From: Candidatus Oxydemutatoraceae bacterium
GTDB taxonomy: Bacteria; Pseudomonadota; Gammaproteobacteria; Poriferisulfidales; Oxydemutatoraceae
Assembly: GCA_965218975.1 (NCBI GenBank)
Contig: OZ244717.1
Location: 224,001-288,000 of the forward strand
Direction of reading: 5' to 3'
Length of the DNA: 64,000 bases
A model generated the notes under the pieces. The model was not told the DNA's origin. It was given only the letters and a program-made list of their open reading frames with translations, and searched no databases. Positions 1-11,303 of the stretch are shown here, piece by piece. A program made the position numbers and the translations under genes. Positions within the stretch are counted from its first letter, which is position 1. The number at the start of each line of letters is the position of its first letter.

Positions 1-775
1 GCGCGCGCGCCGGGTTATAACCATAAATTGCCAAAACGACAAAAAACAGGGTGGTCGCGACAACAATGATAAACGCCGTGACGTTTAATCTTGCATATAA
101 CGCAAAACGAATCAGCTCCACCGCGTATGTGAACGGATTATAGTAACAAATGTCGTGCAGTAATACGCTGGACTCCTTGATACGCCACAGGGGGTAAAGT
201 GCGGACGATGTAAAGAACATCGGGAAGATAATGAAGTTCATAATGCCCGCGAAGTTTTCCAGCCGCTTGATCACGGAAGATAAAAACAATCCCAGCGACC
301 CCAGCATAAGCCCGCTCAGAAACAACATCGGCAACAGACTCAGGTAACCGACCGGCGGAGGGCGCACTTCCCAGAACCATGCGATCAACAAAAATACATA
401 GACCTGTAAAACCGAGATCAGGGTCCCTGCAAACAATTTGCAACACAGCAGGAACCATCGCGGCGCGGGACTGGCAAGCAGAACTCTCATGCTTCCCATC
501 TCGCGATCATAAACCATTGACAGGGACGTCTGCATACCGCTAAACAGCAGAATCATCCCAATCAGCCCCGGCGTGATATATTCTTCGTAAAGCACATAAG
601 TTTCGTAGGGCGGGATGATTGAAACGCCGAGCACCGAGCGGAATCCTGCCGCAAAAATAAACAACCACACCAACGGCCTGACGAGCGCAGCAACGAAACG
701 TTCGCGCTGCTGCAAAAAACGCAGCATCTCACGCTGGAGTATCCCGGCCATAGGATAAAGATAAAACCTAATCAT
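1..775 (-). CDS. ABC-2 type permease, PQQ-dependent alcohol dehydrogenase system (3' end outside window)
   Basis: Manual translation from ATG at 775: MIRFYLYPMAGILQREMLRFLQQRERFVAALVRPLVWLFIFAAGFRSVLG...SMVYDREMGSMRVLLASP. Hydrophobic, directly downstream of the ABC ATPase, no stop inside the window so absent from the ORF track. Confidence 0.85.
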   Translation of the reverse strand, partial: MIRFYLYPMAGILQREMLRFLQQRERFVAALVRPLVWLFIFAAGFRSVLGVSIIPPYETYVLYEEYITPGLIGMILLFSGMQTSLSMVYDREMGSMRVLLASPAPRWFLLCCKLFAGTLISVLQVYVFLLIAWFWEVRPPPVGYLSLLPMLFLSGLMLGSLGLFLSSVIKRLENFAGIMNFIIFPMFFTSSALYPLWRIKESSVLLHDICYYNPFTYAVELIRFALYARLNVTAFIIVVATTLFFVVLAIYGYNPARA

Positions 776-784
776 GATCGCCGG

Positions 785-1510
785 CTAAAGCAACGCGGAA
801 AGTTGCTTTTTGACGTCATCCGTATCGGTAGCGGCAGTGATTTCGCGGGCCCGGTCGGCACCCGTCAGTCGGCCTTGCCGCAAAATCAACACACGATCAT
901 CAGGATGCACTTCGTCAAGCAGGTGTGTGGTCCACAATACGGATAGTCCATTTGCGCATAAAGCACGTGTATGCTCCATGATGATACTGCGGCTGCGCAC
1001 GTCCAATCCGACGGTTGGTTCGTCCAGAATCAACAGGTTCGGATATTGGACCAGCGCACGGACAATTTCGACACGCCGCACCTGTCCGCCGCTGAGGCGT
1101 CTGATCTTGGTGTGCAACTGGTCCCGCATTTCAAGTCTTTCGAGCTCCCGGACAGTGCGCTGCCGGGTTACGGCTGCTGGCAGGCCATACAGATTGGCCG
1201 AGTACCTGATGTTCTGCCACACCGTCAGATCAATATCAAGCGAACGCTGCTGGAACACCACACCGATTTGGCGCAACGCCTCGGACGGCTGTTTCGCCAT
1301 ATCGTAACCATTGATGGTAATGCGCCCGTGTCGGGCATGGTAAAGTCCGGTGAGCAAAGAAAATAAGGTCGTTTTGCCGGCGCCGTTGTGTCCCAGCAAA
1401 ATGGCGAAGTCGCCACGTTCAATGGCGAAACCAACTGAACTGAGAGCTTCGAGCTTCCCGTAATTATAGCTGAGGTCGCTGACCGCAAGCGGCAAAGAGT
1501 CAGTTGTCAC
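785..1510 (-). CDS. ABC transporter ATP-binding protein, PQQ-ADH-associated
   Basis: Walker A GHNGAGKTT, signature LSGGQ, Walker B LILDEPT; operon context. Confidence 0.9.
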   Translation of the reverse strand: MTTDSLPLAVSDLSYNYGKLEALSSVGFAIERGDFAILLGHNGAGKTTLFSLLTGLYHARHGRITINGYDMAKQPSEALRQIGVVFQQRSLDIDLTVWQNIRYSANLYGLPAAVTRQRTVRELERLEMRDQLHTKIRRLSGGQVRRVEIVRALVQYPNLLILDEPTVGLDVRSRSIIMEHTRALCANGLSVLWTTHLLDEVHPDDRVLILRQGRLTGADRAREITAATDTDDVKKQLSALL

Positions 1511-2531
1511 GTGCGGCTATTCCCCACGGATAACGCCCTACCGCAACAGATTTGACAACACGTAATTTTTCTACGTCGATGACGGAAACATCATTGCTCA
1601 CCCCGTTGGTAGTGTAAAGCCTGCGTTCGCCGACATCAAAACCAAGCTGCCACACACGTTGCCCGACCAGCAAGTATTTTTCGACCTCGAATGTTTTTGC
1701 ATCAATCACGGCAACTCGGCTTGCCGGCCCCAGCGCTACGAAGGCCCGCTTGCCGTCACTGGTCAGACGTATCCCCACGGGTTGAATCGCTTCCGACCTG
1801 ATTCCGGGTACCGCAAACGAAATCTCCCGGATGATCTTGCGGGTGGCGTTGTCAATCACATGAACGGTGCCGCCTATTTCAGCGGAAACCCAGACTTGTT
1901 TACCGTCGGCGGTAAACTCGGCAAAACGCGGACGCTCACCGACCAGCACGTTGTCGGTTTTTTTATAGGTAGCGGTATCAATAAAGTGCGCCATGTTCGT
2001 CGTCTCGGAAGTATTGACCAGTGTTTTCCCATCAGGACTAACAGCCATGCCTTCGGGCTCAACACCCACCGGAATTTCTTTGGTGATCTTTTTGCTTGAG
2101 ATATCGAGAATGGTCACAATGTTGTCGTCTTCGTTGGCAACATATATTAAATTGCCGTCAGGGGAAAGCGCCATCAGTTCCGGGTCGGGCCCGGAAGGAA
2201 GAATCTCGATCAGCTTGTGGGTATTAAGATCGAGCACTTCGACCCGATCATCGTCACTGGCACAAATATAAAGATGTTGCTGATCTTTACTGATCACAAT
2301 ACCGCGCGGGCGCTGCCCAACCTTAATCGTATCGACAACTTCGAGTCGGTCGCTGTCAATCACGGAGATCGTGTTGTCTTTCTCGTTGGAAACGTAGATA
2401 TTGTACGATAAAGCGCTGGTGGTATATAAACCGCAGGCGGCAAACAACACAACCCCGGACAGGGTCGGCCGAATTTGACGATTGTTCACCGGGATCTTTC
2501 TGTTCATATTTTTTATCGACTGAGGACGCAT
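1500..2531 (-). CDS. YVTN-type beta-propeller protein, PQQ-dependent catabolism-associated
   Basis: Signal peptide followed by repeated YVSNE/YVANE/VGQRPRGI/VGVEPEGMAVSPDG blades; exact start uncertain. Confidence 0.88.
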   Translation of the reverse strand: MRPQSIKNMNRKIPVNNRQIRPTLSGVVLFAACGLYTTSALSYNIYVSNEKDNTISVIDSDRLEVVDTIKVGQRPRGIVISKDQQHLYICASDDDRVEVLDLNTHKLIEILPSGPDPELMALSPDGNLIYVANEDDNIVTILDISSKKITKEIPVGVEPEGMAVSPDGKTLVNTSETTNMAHFIDTATYKKTDNVLVGERPRFAEFTADGKQVWVSAEIGGTVHVIDNATRKIIREISFAVPGIRSEAIQPVGIRLTSDGKRAFVALGPASRVAVIDAKTFEVEKYLLVGQRVWQLGFDVGERRLYTTNGVSNDVSVIDVEKLRVVKSVAVGRYPWGIAARDN

Positions 2532-3697
2532 CGGGTTTCCTTGTCTCCCATGTCATAACCTATAGTATCAAGCGCCGTTCTCTCGTGCAAAAATTGTTGT
2601 TGCGGAGATACCGAAACCAGGGAAGTGTCCGACACCAGGAGTATCGGCTGACGCAACTGCAGATTCCATGCGCGGAATGACATTTTTTGCCCCTTGTAGC
2701 CGGCGAGCGCAAAATCCGGGCTGCGGATATAATCCGCAATATCATTGTCTCCGACCGACATTGAGCGCGTAACCGCTTCGCCGACAACGCGCACCGCAGA
2801 CCATGCACCATAGTCTTTCTCAGAAAGATAGTGACCAAAATTCCTAAAAAAGCGACTTTGGATTTGCGCCGCTCCCCACTGCTCGTGGCTTCTGTGCCAT
2901 GTAACGGGTTTCAAGCCCTGGCTGCCGGCAACCGGACGCGGAGACCAGGTACGGTACATCAAGTATTCCCCGAACTCGCCGATGACATCGGCGACGATTA
3001 AAACGTCGTAATCAATACCCTGAGTAAAAACAGGAACAGTCGCAGCCGCGAGACGGCGCATGTCCGCACTGTATTCCCAGTCCTTTTTGGCAACGATCCT
3101 GCCGCCGAATTTTTTGGCAGAGCGTCGTATCGCACCCGAGAAACCGATATCGGATTGTCGCCGTCCGTTGACCAGAAACCACTTATTCCACTTCTTGGTA
3201 ATCAAATATTGCGCGAGCGCATCCGCAAACATTGCGTAACTGGGCACAAGATGTGCCACATTCGGGCGGCATTGTGCGGTGCGCAAGACGTCGTCGGACG
3301 CGCCAATGTTATAAAACCAGGCCTGCTTGCCCTGCTCCGAATCAGCAATTGACAGCAGGGCGGCGGCGCTTAAATCAACGATAAATTGTCGTGTTCCCTG
3401 GCTGAATGCCTCACTAAAAACCCTCTGCACGTCATCTTCGCGGTCCAACACAATATTTTCCAAGGCATAGTGATGCCCGGAAAATTCTCCGGTCGTGTTG
3501 TTGTCCATAATGCCCTGCATCCCACCATGCACACCGTCGTTCCTGGGCAGAATTTGCAGATTGGACAGCTTGGGTAAAACCTCCGTCGCCTGTTTTATAA
3601 ATACAATGCTAACGGTTTGTTTCTCTTTGCCGGACGCCACCATGCAAACAGCAAGGCATACCGACGCCACCGCCAACCATGTCAGATATTTATACAT
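2513..3697 (-). CDS. ABC substrate-binding protein (Leu/Ile/Val-binding fold), PQQ-ADH system
   Basis: Start reassigned to MYKYLTW (signal peptide). Motifs [46 protein letters not shown]. Confidence 0.82.
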   Translation of the reverse strand: MYKYLTWLAVASVCLAVCMVASGKEKQTVSIVFIKQATEVLPKLSNLQILPRNDGVHGGMQGIMDNNTTGEFSGHHYALENIVLDREDDVQRVFSEAFSQGTRQFIVDLSAAALLSIADSEQGKQAWFYNIGASDDVLRTAQCRPNVAHLVPSYAMFADALAQYLITKKWNKWFLVNGRRQSDIGFSGAIRRSAKKFGGRIVAKKDWEYSADMRRLAAATVPVFTQGIDYDVLIVADVIGEFGEYLMYRTWSPRPVAGSQGLKPVTWHRSHEQWGAAQIQSRFFRNFGHYLSEKDYGAWSAVRVVGEAVTRSMSVGDNDIADYIRSPDFALAGYKGQKMSFRAWNLQLRQPILLVSDTSLVSVSPQQQFLHERTALDTIGYDMGDKETRCVLSR

Positions 3698-5627
3698 CCC
3701 GCGGTTGCCCCGCAATAATCTCGGTGACGATCGAAGGATCGGCAAGTGTTGAAGTGTCGCCCAGGTTATCCGCTTTATTATTTGCGATTTTGCGTAAAAT
3801 ACGCCGCATAATCTTGCCCGAGCGTGTTTTCGGCAAGTCGCTCGTCCATTGAATAATATCCGGAACCGCAATCGCGCCAATATCACGGCGCACCAGCGCC
3901 CGTAATTCCCGTTCAAGATCTGCGCCACCGCTATTGCCGGCCATCAACGTAACATAGGCGTAAATACCCTGGCCTTTAATCTCATGTCGATAGCCGACGA
4001 CTGCCGCTTCGGCCACTTTGTTGTGCAGCACCAGCGCGCTCTCAATCTCGGCGGTCCCCAGGCGATGTCCCGACACGTTGATGACGTCATCTATGCGCCC
4101 GGTAATCCAGTAATAGCCATCCTCGTCTCTGCGGCATCCGTCGCCGCTGAAATATTTGCCGGGGAAAACGCTGAAATAAGTATCGACAAACCGTTGGTGA
4201 TCTCCATATACGGTACGCATCTGGCCCGGCCACGGCCGGGTAATCACCAGTTTGCCCTCACACGTTCCCTCAAGCTCATTGCCGTTGTCATCCACAATGG
4301 CGGGGCAGACACCGAAAAACGGTCGCGTTGCGGAACCGGGTTTTAAGGGAGTCGCACCGGGTAACGGAGTAATCAAATGCCCACCCGTTTCCGTCTGCCA
4401 CCATGTATCTATAACCGGGCAACGCCGGTCGCCCACGACGTTGTAATACCATTGCCACGCCTCGGGGTTGATCGGTTCACCCACTACTGCCAGAATGCGC
4501 AAACTGTCGCGGCTGGTCTTGCGCACCGGCGCGTTACCGAAACGCATCAGCGCACGGATCGCCGTCGGAGCGGTATAAAAAATATTGACCCGGTGCCGGT
4601 CCACTATTTGCCAGAAACGCGATGCATCCGGATAAGTCGGCACCCCTTCAAACATCAAAGTTGTCGCGGCGTTGGCGAGGGGTCCATATACGACGTACGA
4701 ATGCCCGGTGATCCAGCCGATGTCGGCGCTACACCAGAAAACCTCTCCATCGTGATAATCAAAACTATATTTGTGTGTTGCGGCAGCATACAACAGATAA
4801 CCTCCCATCGTATGCAACACACCCTTAGGCTTACCGGTAGAACCGGACGTATAAAGCACAAACAGCGGGTCCTCCGCAGACATTGCCGCAACCGGGCAAT
4901 CATCGCGCACGTCTTTGCATAGCTCGTGCAGCCATACATCGCGGCCGCCCGAGAAAGGCGCCTTTATCCCTGCGCACTTAACGACGATTACGCGGCGCAC
5001 ATCCGGGCATTGCTGCAACGCCGCATCAACGTTGGCCTTTAACGGAATTGTCTTGCCGCCGCGCATGCCCGCATCGGCAGTAATAACAACACGGCAATCC
5101 AGATCGAGAATCCGACTGCGCAAAGATTGCGGTGAAAAACCGCCGAACACCACCGAATGAACAGCGCCGATGCGCGCGCATGCCAGCATCGCGACTGCTG
5201 CTTCTATAATCATCGGCAGGTAGATACATACGCGATCGCCCTTGCGTACCCCTTCGGCTTTTAGCGCATTGGCGAAACGGCATACCAGCGTATGCAGCTC
5301 GCGGTAACTACAGGTCTTTGACGTTCCGGGTTCGTCGCCTTCCCAGATGATTGCGCTACGCTCGCCGTGCTTGTCCAGATGACGATCGACACAGTTGTAA
5401 CAAACGTTGAGCTCGCCGCCGTCAAACCAACGAATCAATCCCTGATGGTAATCCCACTCAAGCACTTTATCCCATGGGCGCGACCAGTGCAGGAACTGTC
5501 GTGCCTGCTCGGCCCAGAAAGCCTCCGGGTCCTGAATCGATTGCCGGTACATACGCTGATAGGTATCCGCATCAATGATCGCGTTCCGTGCAATGTCATC
5601 GGGCACCGGATATGTGCGCTCTGGCAT
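3690..5627 (-). CDS. acs: Acetyl-CoA synthetase
   Basis: [21 protein letters not shown] and [11 protein letters not shown] motifs; RBS AGGAG before MPERTY. Confidence 0.96.
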   Translation of the reverse strand: MPERTYPVPDDIARNAIIDADTYQRMYRQSIQDPEAFWAEQARQFLHWSRPWDKVLEWDYHQGLIRWFDGGELNVCYNCVDRHLDKHGERSAIIWEGDEPGTSKTCSYRELHTLVCRFANALKAEGVRKGDRVCIYLPMIIEAAVAMLACARIGAVHSVVFGGFSPQSLRSRILDLDCRVVITADAGMRGGKTIPLKANVDAALQQCPDVRRVIVVKCAGIKAPFSGGRDVWLHELCKDVRDDCPVAAMSAEDPLFVLYTSGSTGKPKGVLHTMGGYLLYAAATHKYSFDYHDGEVFWCSADIGWITGHSYVVYGPLANAATTLMFEGVPTYPDASRFWQIVDRHRVNIFYTAPTAIRALMRFGNAPVRKTSRDSLRILAVVGEPINPEAWQWYYNVVGDRRCPVIDTWWQTETGGHLITPLPGATPLKPGSATRPFFGVCPAIVDDNGNELEGTCEGKLVITRPWPGQMRTVYGDHQRFVDTYFSVFPGKYFSGDGCRRDEDGYYWITGRIDDVINVSGHRLGTAEIESALVLHNKVAEAAVVGYRHEIKGQGIYAYVTLMAGNSGGADLERELRALVRRDIGAIAVPDIIQWTSDLPKTRSGKIMRRILRKIANNKADNLGDTSTLADPSIVTEIIAGQPRDV

Positions 5628-5643
5628 GTCTTCTCCTGTCAGT

Positions 5644-5672
5644 AAAAAACCGGCGGGGCGCTGCCCCACCGT
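5644..5672 (-). terminator. Intrinsic terminator-like hairpin just upstream of the acs RBS
   Basis: Minus strand reads CGGTGGGGC-AGC-GCCCCGCCG-G-TTTTTT. Confidence 0.5.
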
Positions 5673-5810
5673 CAACCATCAGTTAATCCGCATAATACAA
5701 CATGCCGAAACATCCGCAGCGATCAATAAACAACCTCTTTGGCGAAATATGCGGGCGCCCGGCGCGGTACGAGTGCCACACCTTTAATAACCTTCTCCGA
5801 TAAGCGCGGA

Positions 5811-7322
5811 TTAGGAAATATTGACGGTGACGGCTTTAGTCTCAGTATAGTTTTCGAGCACCGCTTCGCCCATTTCACGTCCCCAGCCGGACTGTTTATA
5901 GCCACCGAACGGTAATGCGGCGTTGAAAATGTTGTAGCAGTTGACCCACACCGTGCCGGCGCGTAATTTGGACGCGAGCCGATGCGCTTTACCAACGTCC
6001 TTGGTCCAGATACCAGCGGCAAGGCCATAGACTGTATCGTTGGCATTCGCGACAACTTCATGTTCAATTTCCTTGAACGGCATCGCCGTCACGACAGGTC
6101 CGAAAATTTCCTCGTGGTTGATGCGCATATCTTGACGGGTGTTTACCAGCACGGTCGGCTCAATAAAATAACCCGGGCCCTCTTTCTTTTTGCCGCCGAC
6201 TATCGCTTCGGCACCGTCGCTAAGGCCGGAATCAAGGTAAGATGCAACCCGTTTATGCTGAGTCTTGGAAACCATCGGCCCCATCTCGGTCTCAGGGTCC
6301 ATCCCCGGCCCGATCTTAATCTTGGATGCCGCATCCGCGACCCCCTCAACCACTTGATCAAAGATCTTGTCGTCGGCGTAAAGACGCGAGCCGGCACAAC
6401 AGCATTGTCCGTGATTGAAAAAAATAGCGTTTGCTGCGCCCGTGATCGCAACGTCAAGGTCGGCATCGTCAAGCACGATACTTGGGGATTTACCGCCAAG
6501 CTCGAGCGAAACTTTCTTAAGATCATGCGCCGCCGCCTGAACGATCAGCTTCCCAACCTCCGTTGAACCGGTAAAAGCCACTTTATCCACCCCGGGGTGG
6601 GCCGCGAGCGCCGCACCGGCGGTTTCTCCAAAGCCGGTAACGATATTGACCACGCCATCGGGAACACCCGCCTCCTGAAGGATTTCACCCAACCTCAGTG
6701 CCGACAACGGTGTTTCCTCGGCCACTTTGAGAACAACGGTACAACCTGTCGCCAGCGCCGGAGCCAGTTTCCAAGCCGCCATCAGCAACGGAAAATTCCA
6801 CGGGATAATCTGCCCGACCACACCGATCGGTTCTCGCAGGGTGTAGGCATGGTATTGAGTACCCGGTGTATAAAGCACGGACATCGGAATGGTCTGCCCG
6901 TGCATTTTTGTCGTCCAACCCGACATGTAGTGGAACATATCGGCCGCCAACGGCACATCGGCAACCCGTGCGACGGAAACGGGTTTTCCATTATCAAGCG
7001 ATTCAATCTCGGCGAGTTCCTCAACGTTATCGAGTATCAGGTCCCCGATTCTCGATACCATCCTGCCACGTTCGGAAAGAGGCATCGCGGGCCACGCACC
7101 GCTTTCAAAGGCTTTGCGCGCAGCCTTAACGGCGCGGTCTATATCCTCTTTTTCGCCCTCCGCAACATAGGCAATGACCTCTTCGTTAGCGGGATTAAGC
7201 ACTTCAAAGGTTTTACCCGATGCCGCCGACACCCATTGGCCACCGATCAGCATCTTTTTAGGTTGTTTGATAAAGCGGTGCAGTGTGATGTCCGCTTCCG
7301 ATTTTTCTACAGCTATGTTCAT
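5811..7322 (-). CDS. NAD-dependent aldehyde dehydrogenase
   Basis: [39 protein letters not shown] and PFGGYKQSG motifs. Confidence 0.95.
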   Translation of the reverse strand: MNIAVEKSEADITLHRFIKQPKKMLIGGQWVSAASGKTFEVLNPANEEVIAYVAEGEKEDIDRAVKAARKAFESGAWPAMPLSERGRMVSRIGDLILDNVEELAEIESLDNGKPVSVARVADVPLAADMFHYMSGWTTKMHGQTIPMSVLYTPGTQYHAYTLREPIGVVGQIIPWNFPLLMAAWKLAPALATGCTVVLKVAEETPLSALRLGEILQEAGVPDGVVNIVTGFGETAGAALAAHPGVDKVAFTGSTEVGKLIVQAAAHDLKKVSLELGGKSPSIVLDDADLDVAITGAANAIFFNHGQCCCAGSRLYADDKIFDQVVEGVADAASKIKIGPGMDPETEMGPMVSKTQHKRVASYLDSGLSDGAEAIVGGKKKEGPGYFIEPTVLVNTRQDMRINHEEIFGPVVTAMPFKEIEHEVVANANDTVYGLAAGIWTKDVGKAHRLASKLRAGTVWVNCYNIFNAALPFGGYKQSGWGREMGEAVLENYTETKAVTVNIS

Positions 7323-7373
7323 TGTTTACACCTCCTACATTGTGTATAGTAATATATCATATATTACTTACTT

Positions 7374-7874
7374 ATGTGTTCATGTGGCACTATACATTGC
7401 AGTTTGTATTTTTCATATCCGAGTAAAGAAGCATTTAAGCAAGGAGTTGACCTTAAAATCAATGTTAAAGATCAGGACGTTGGCATATACAAAAAAGAAG
7501 TAATTAAAACTGATGACGGCAAGATGCACACGATATCCATACCTATGGTATGCATTGAATGTAAAGCATATCTTGATAAAACAATGTATGAAGGAAGCGT
7601 GGCGACTGCTACCAAAATAAAAAACGGAAATCCTCGTTGTTTATTCTTTATCGTGACAGAAACCTATGATGTATTTAGTAGTGTAGATATTGATATGACT
7701 CAAATTGATAACATCTATATTCTGAGAAAACAACGCCGTAATAGAAATAATCCAGCCAATGCTATATCAGTTGACGTAATAGAACATATGTTAGAAAAAA
7801 TAAGTTTGCGGTTAGGGACCGAAAGGCTATCGGTTGATGAAATGATTAAAAGAAACGGCTATCTGCGTGATTAA
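7374..7874 (+). pseudogene. N-terminally truncated Bpu10I-family restriction endonuclease subunit
   Basis: KDQDVGIYK...CIECKAYLDKTMYEG...FIVTE...IYILRKQRR resembles the C-terminal half of Bpu10I-family nucleases. AT-rich, in-frame stop just upstream, no methylase nearby. Confidence 0.6.
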
Positions 7875-7883
7875 CAAAATACA

Positions 7884-8051
7884 ATGAACAAGAAGAAACT
7901 GGATAAAGATAAGGCTGCCCGTGCATTACTGAGCATGGAACTAGGTGATCGCAAGTGGCCACCTAAATCCACAAAAAAGGACTTGGAACGCAAGAGCAAA
8001 CCCGTAATCAGACAGCAGGTCGGCACGGTGTCGGCGGAGTACAAGGCTTAA
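7884..8051 (+). CDS. Small basic hypothetical protein (55 aa)
   Basis: MNKKKLDKDKAARALLSMELGDRKWPPKSTKKDLERKSKP...; ATG 10 nt after the upstream stop; coding status uncertain. Confidence 0.3.
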   Translation: MNKKKLDKDKAARALLSMELGDRKWPPKSTKKDLERKSKPVIRQQVGTVSAEYKA

Positions 8052-10331
8052 TCAAAAGCTCACCTTCATACCCACCCATGCAGAAAGTGGAGCACCGGGG
8101 GCAAGGAAACGAGGGTCGTCGTCCAAGTCTTCCAATCCGGCCACCTCATTCGGCTCTTCACCGACAAGACCAAAGTTTTCGTACTCCCGGTCAAACAGGT
8201 TGTCAACGTTCAAGTACAGCTCGACCGCATTGTTCAGGTAATAACGCGCGCGCGCATTAACGACGGCGTAACCTGAAACTTTGTCCATTTCATTTGACTC
8301 ATCGCCCCGCAGATAACTGTCGGACACGGCGATCATATCCATCCCGATCAAAACCCGATCGTTAGGCACATAGTCCACGGCAAATTTGAATTGATCCTCG
8401 GGAATACCCGGAATCGTATCGCCTTTCTCTACCCGTATCTCGCCGTCGCTATTAGCATTTGCGTGATTCGGACTAAGTGCCGCAAAATTATCCTCAAAGG
8501 TGGCTTCAATGTGTGCATAATTCATGTTCCAGTTGAATTTTCCATGACTACCGGAAAGTGAAGTTTCGATGCCGACTCGCTCGGTTTCATCCACATTTTT
8601 GAACAAACCGCGCGAACGACCCAGCGTCTGGAAGACAATATCATCCTTGCTGCGTGTGTAAAAAGCTCCGACCGACCAGTTCCAGGAGTTTACTGTCTCT
8701 CCGCGCATGCCGAACTCAAAGCTTTCTGCGATCACTTCATCCAACGGCGGGTCGGCAAGAAAAGCATTGGGTAAACGACATTCCGCATCATCGTCACCAG
8801 CCATTTCAAGCACTTCCTCGTTACAGGCAAGTTCAATCGGCGTCGGCAAACGGCTTGACTCACTGTAGCCGACATACACGTCTATCTCAGGATTCCAGTG
8901 ATAGACCGCGCTGAGTGCCCAGTTGAAGTTGCTGAAGTCATGGGTCCCGTTCAGCTCCGGCTGTTCGCCGCTGCGATCGCGTAATTTGATCGTGCTGTCA
9001 TGATAATAACCGGACAGTGTCGCGGTCCAGTAATCATTGATTGAAACGGTGTCGGTCGCGTATAAATAAACGTTCTCAACACGGGTTTTCACCCTGGTTT
9101 GCTCATCGAAAAATTCACCGCTGTCCGATCCCGGGCCCTGCGTCGAGCGGTCGCTTCCCAACAAAGCTTCTTGCGTCTGAGCATCAAATCGCGCACGTCC
9201 CTCATAGTAACCCGCACCCATATCTATATCGTGTTCCAGCTGAAACCAATCCAGCGGAAAATCCAGCTCAAGCGCCCCCCCGAATGTTTTCTGTCCGCGT
9301 GTGCTGATATTGTTGACCGCAAGTCTGCTGCAGGGCACTGGTTGCCCGCCAAAGAGACAATCATCTTCTTCGGCGGCATCGCCGTTAAACGAAGCGGTAT
9401 CATTTTTGCGGTAGTAAAGATTACCGGACAATTGTACGGTCTCGGTCAGGTCATAATCCCCTTTGACGGCCCACATATACATATCGTTAGCGGTAATGTC
9501 GGGAGCAGTAAAAATAGCGTCGCGGTCGCGTGCAAGCAGTTCGATCGGAGACAATCCGTTGCCTTTCAGATTTGACATGGCTCGATGGTAATTGGCCGAC
9601 AGGGAACCATGCGTCCCCCGCCAATCAAAGCTGCTGTAAATATTCTCAGCCCAAGATTGCGAAAGATCGCGCCAGCCTTCCTCATAAAAACGTTGCGCAT
9701 TGACGTAATAGGCAAAGCGCTTGTTGTTGTTGCCGCTTTCAAAATTACCGATGATGCGCTGATATGCACCACCTTCGATTTCAAGCGCATGCCCAGGATG
9801 GGTAAAACCGTCTTTCATCTCCAGCACCACTGCGCCGCCCAATGTGTTTAATCCATACAAGGCGTTGGCGCCGCTGATCAAGCTAACGCCGGACACCGCG
9901 TTCATCGGCACCAGGTCCCAGTTGATCGTATCACCCAAAGGCTCGTTCAGACGCACTCCGTTTTGATAGACTGTCAGTCCGTTCGGCAAACCCAATAACG
10001 GCGAGGCTGAAAACCCTCGATAATATAAATCCGGCTGCAACGGATTGCCTTGTGCCGAGTTAATATGCACGCCGCTGAAGTTACGGTTGAAATAATCCGA
10101 AATATCCGGGCTGCCGCTACGTTCAAGGGCTGCGCTGCCAGCGCTTTGCACCCGTCCGGGAAAATCGCCGATGTTCAGGTCGTCCGATCTGACCGGTGTT
10201 GCGCCGATCACAATAATCCTTTCAACCTCTTCCGAGTGTACCGAAAAAGACACCGCAGAAAAAACGACAGCCAGCCCTGTCGTCAGGGTCCGCAGAAAAA
10301 TTGACCTGCCACCCCCGTCACTACCTCCCAT
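8052..10331 (-). CDS. TonB-dependent outer-membrane receptor
   Basis: Signal peptide, TonB-box-like ERIIVIG, plug region (YRGFSASPLLG...GANALYGLNTLGGAV), NVDNLFDREY, C-terminal Phe. Confidence 0.93.
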   Translation of the reverse strand: MGGSDGGGRSIFLRTLTTGLAVVFSAVSFSVHSEEVERIIVIGATPVRSDDLNIGDFPGRVQSAGSAALERSGSPDISDYFNRNFSGVHINSAQGNPLQPDLYYRGFSASPLLGLPNGLTVYQNGVRLNEPLGDTINWDLVPMNAVSGVSLISGANALYGLNTLGGAVVLEMKDGFTHPGHALEIEGGAYQRIIGNFESGNNNKRFAYYVNAQRFYEEGWRDLSQSWAENIYSSFDWRGTHGSLSANYHRAMSNLKGNGLSPIELLARDRDAIFTAPDITANDMYMWAVKGDYDLTETVQLSGNLYYRKNDTASFNGDAAEEDDCLFGGQPVPCSRLAVNNISTRGQKTFGGALELDFPLDWFQLEHDIDMGAGYYEGRARFDAQTQEALLGSDRSTQGPGSDSGEFFDEQTRVKTRVENVYLYATDTVSINDYWTATLSGYYHDSTIKLRDRSGEQPELNGTHDFSNFNWALSAVYHWNPEIDVYVGYSESSRLPTPIELACNEEVLEMAGDDDAECRLPNAFLADPPLDEVIAESFEFGMRGETVNSWNWSVGAFYTRSKDDIVFQTLGRSRGLFKNVDETERVGIETSLSGSHGKFNWNMNYAHIEATFEDNFAALSPNHANANSDGEIRVEKGDTIPGIPEDQFKFAVDYVPNDRVLIGMDMIAVSDSYLRGDESNEMDKVSGYAVVNARARYYLNNAVELYLNVDNLFDREYENFGLVGEEPNEVAGLEDLDDDPRFLAPGAPLSAWVGMKVSF

Positions 10332-10421
10332 AACAGCTGTTCCTCTCCTTAATTATATTGTTAGTTGGGCATCCATTTGGCGGAGCGGACGAGGACGAAT
10401 AATACCGTATGCTCATCCTGA

Positions 10422-11300
10422 CTAGTTGTTTCGTTCGAGCAGTTGCGCCACAGCGTGATGTCCCGCCGCGGCAGCCAGCTCAACGGCGGTTTTCCCGCTA
10501 CGGTCCTTAACGCTCGGGTCTGCCCTGTGCGCCAACAATAATTTCACCGTGCGCTCGGCGCCCGCCGCTGCGGCGAACATCAATGCACTGCGTCCGCGAT
10601 TATCCTGCAAATCCGGAACCGCACCGTTTCCCAGCAACGCCTGCGCGCACTCGGCCTGATCGTAAGCCGCGGCCCACATTAACAACGTCGTATCATTCCG
10701 ATAACGCCGATTCAAATCGGGTATCTTTGCAAACAACAGACCAAATATGTCCATGTTGCACTGAGCGGCGGCATAAACAAGTGCCGATTTCCCGGTATCG
10801 TCTGTCGCATCAACCGGCACGCCGTGACTTAGCAACAATTTAACCAACCCGATGTTTTGGTTATAGACAGCAACGGCAATCGGCGTCATTTTTTGAAGCG
10901 TCGCATGTTTCGGGTCGGCACCCATATCAATCAGCCAAGCGGCCATTTCCAAATGGCCATTTTTAACCGCACCGAACAATGCGGTTTCCCGGTTAACATT
11001 CGGCCGGTCAAGTTTTGCCCCTTGTTTCAGCAACATCTTCGCAAGCGCCAGATGTCCGCCGCGCGCCGCATAAATTAAAGCAGTGTTGCCAAAACGGTTG
11101 CGCGCCTCAACCGATGCGCCCTGTTCAAGCAACTGTTGTGCTCGCGGCAGGTCCCCTCCCTTTGCCGCGTCAAATAATGCAAAGTTCAGCTGCCGTTGTT
11201 CATCTGCTTGAGTCATGCATGTCGCAAACAAACAGTATACTGATAACAAGATTCGCACGGATAAAAATGCGGCAGGTTTAATGGAATGGCTGTACATCAT
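10422..11300 (-). CDS. Exported ankyrin-repeat protein
   Basis: Signal peptide followed by about 7 G-x-T/S-ALxxAA ankyrin repeats. Confidence 0.9.
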   Translation of the reverse strand: MMYSHSIKPAAFLSVRILLSVYCLFATCMTQADEQRQLNFALFDAAKGGDLPRAQQLLEQGASVEARNRFGNTALIYAARGGHLALAKMLLKQGAKLDRPNVNRETALFGAVKNGHLEMAAWLIDMGADPKHATLQKMTPIAVAVYNQNIGLVKLLLSHGVPVDATDDTGKSALVYAAAQCNMDIFGLLFAKIPDLNRRYRNDTTLLMWAAAYDQAECAQALLGNGAVPDLQDNRGRSALMFAAAAGAERTVKLLLAHRADPSVKDRSGKTAVELAAAAGHHAVAQLLERNN

Positions 11301-11303
11301 TGT

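Noticed and set aside
3698-3928. N-terminal extension of the substrate-binding protein in the ORF track
   Set aside because: It overlaps the acs 3' end; the signal peptide begins at MYKYLTW (3697).
6597-7349. 250-aa plus-strand ORF
   Set aside because: Antisense shadow of the aldehyde dehydrogenase.
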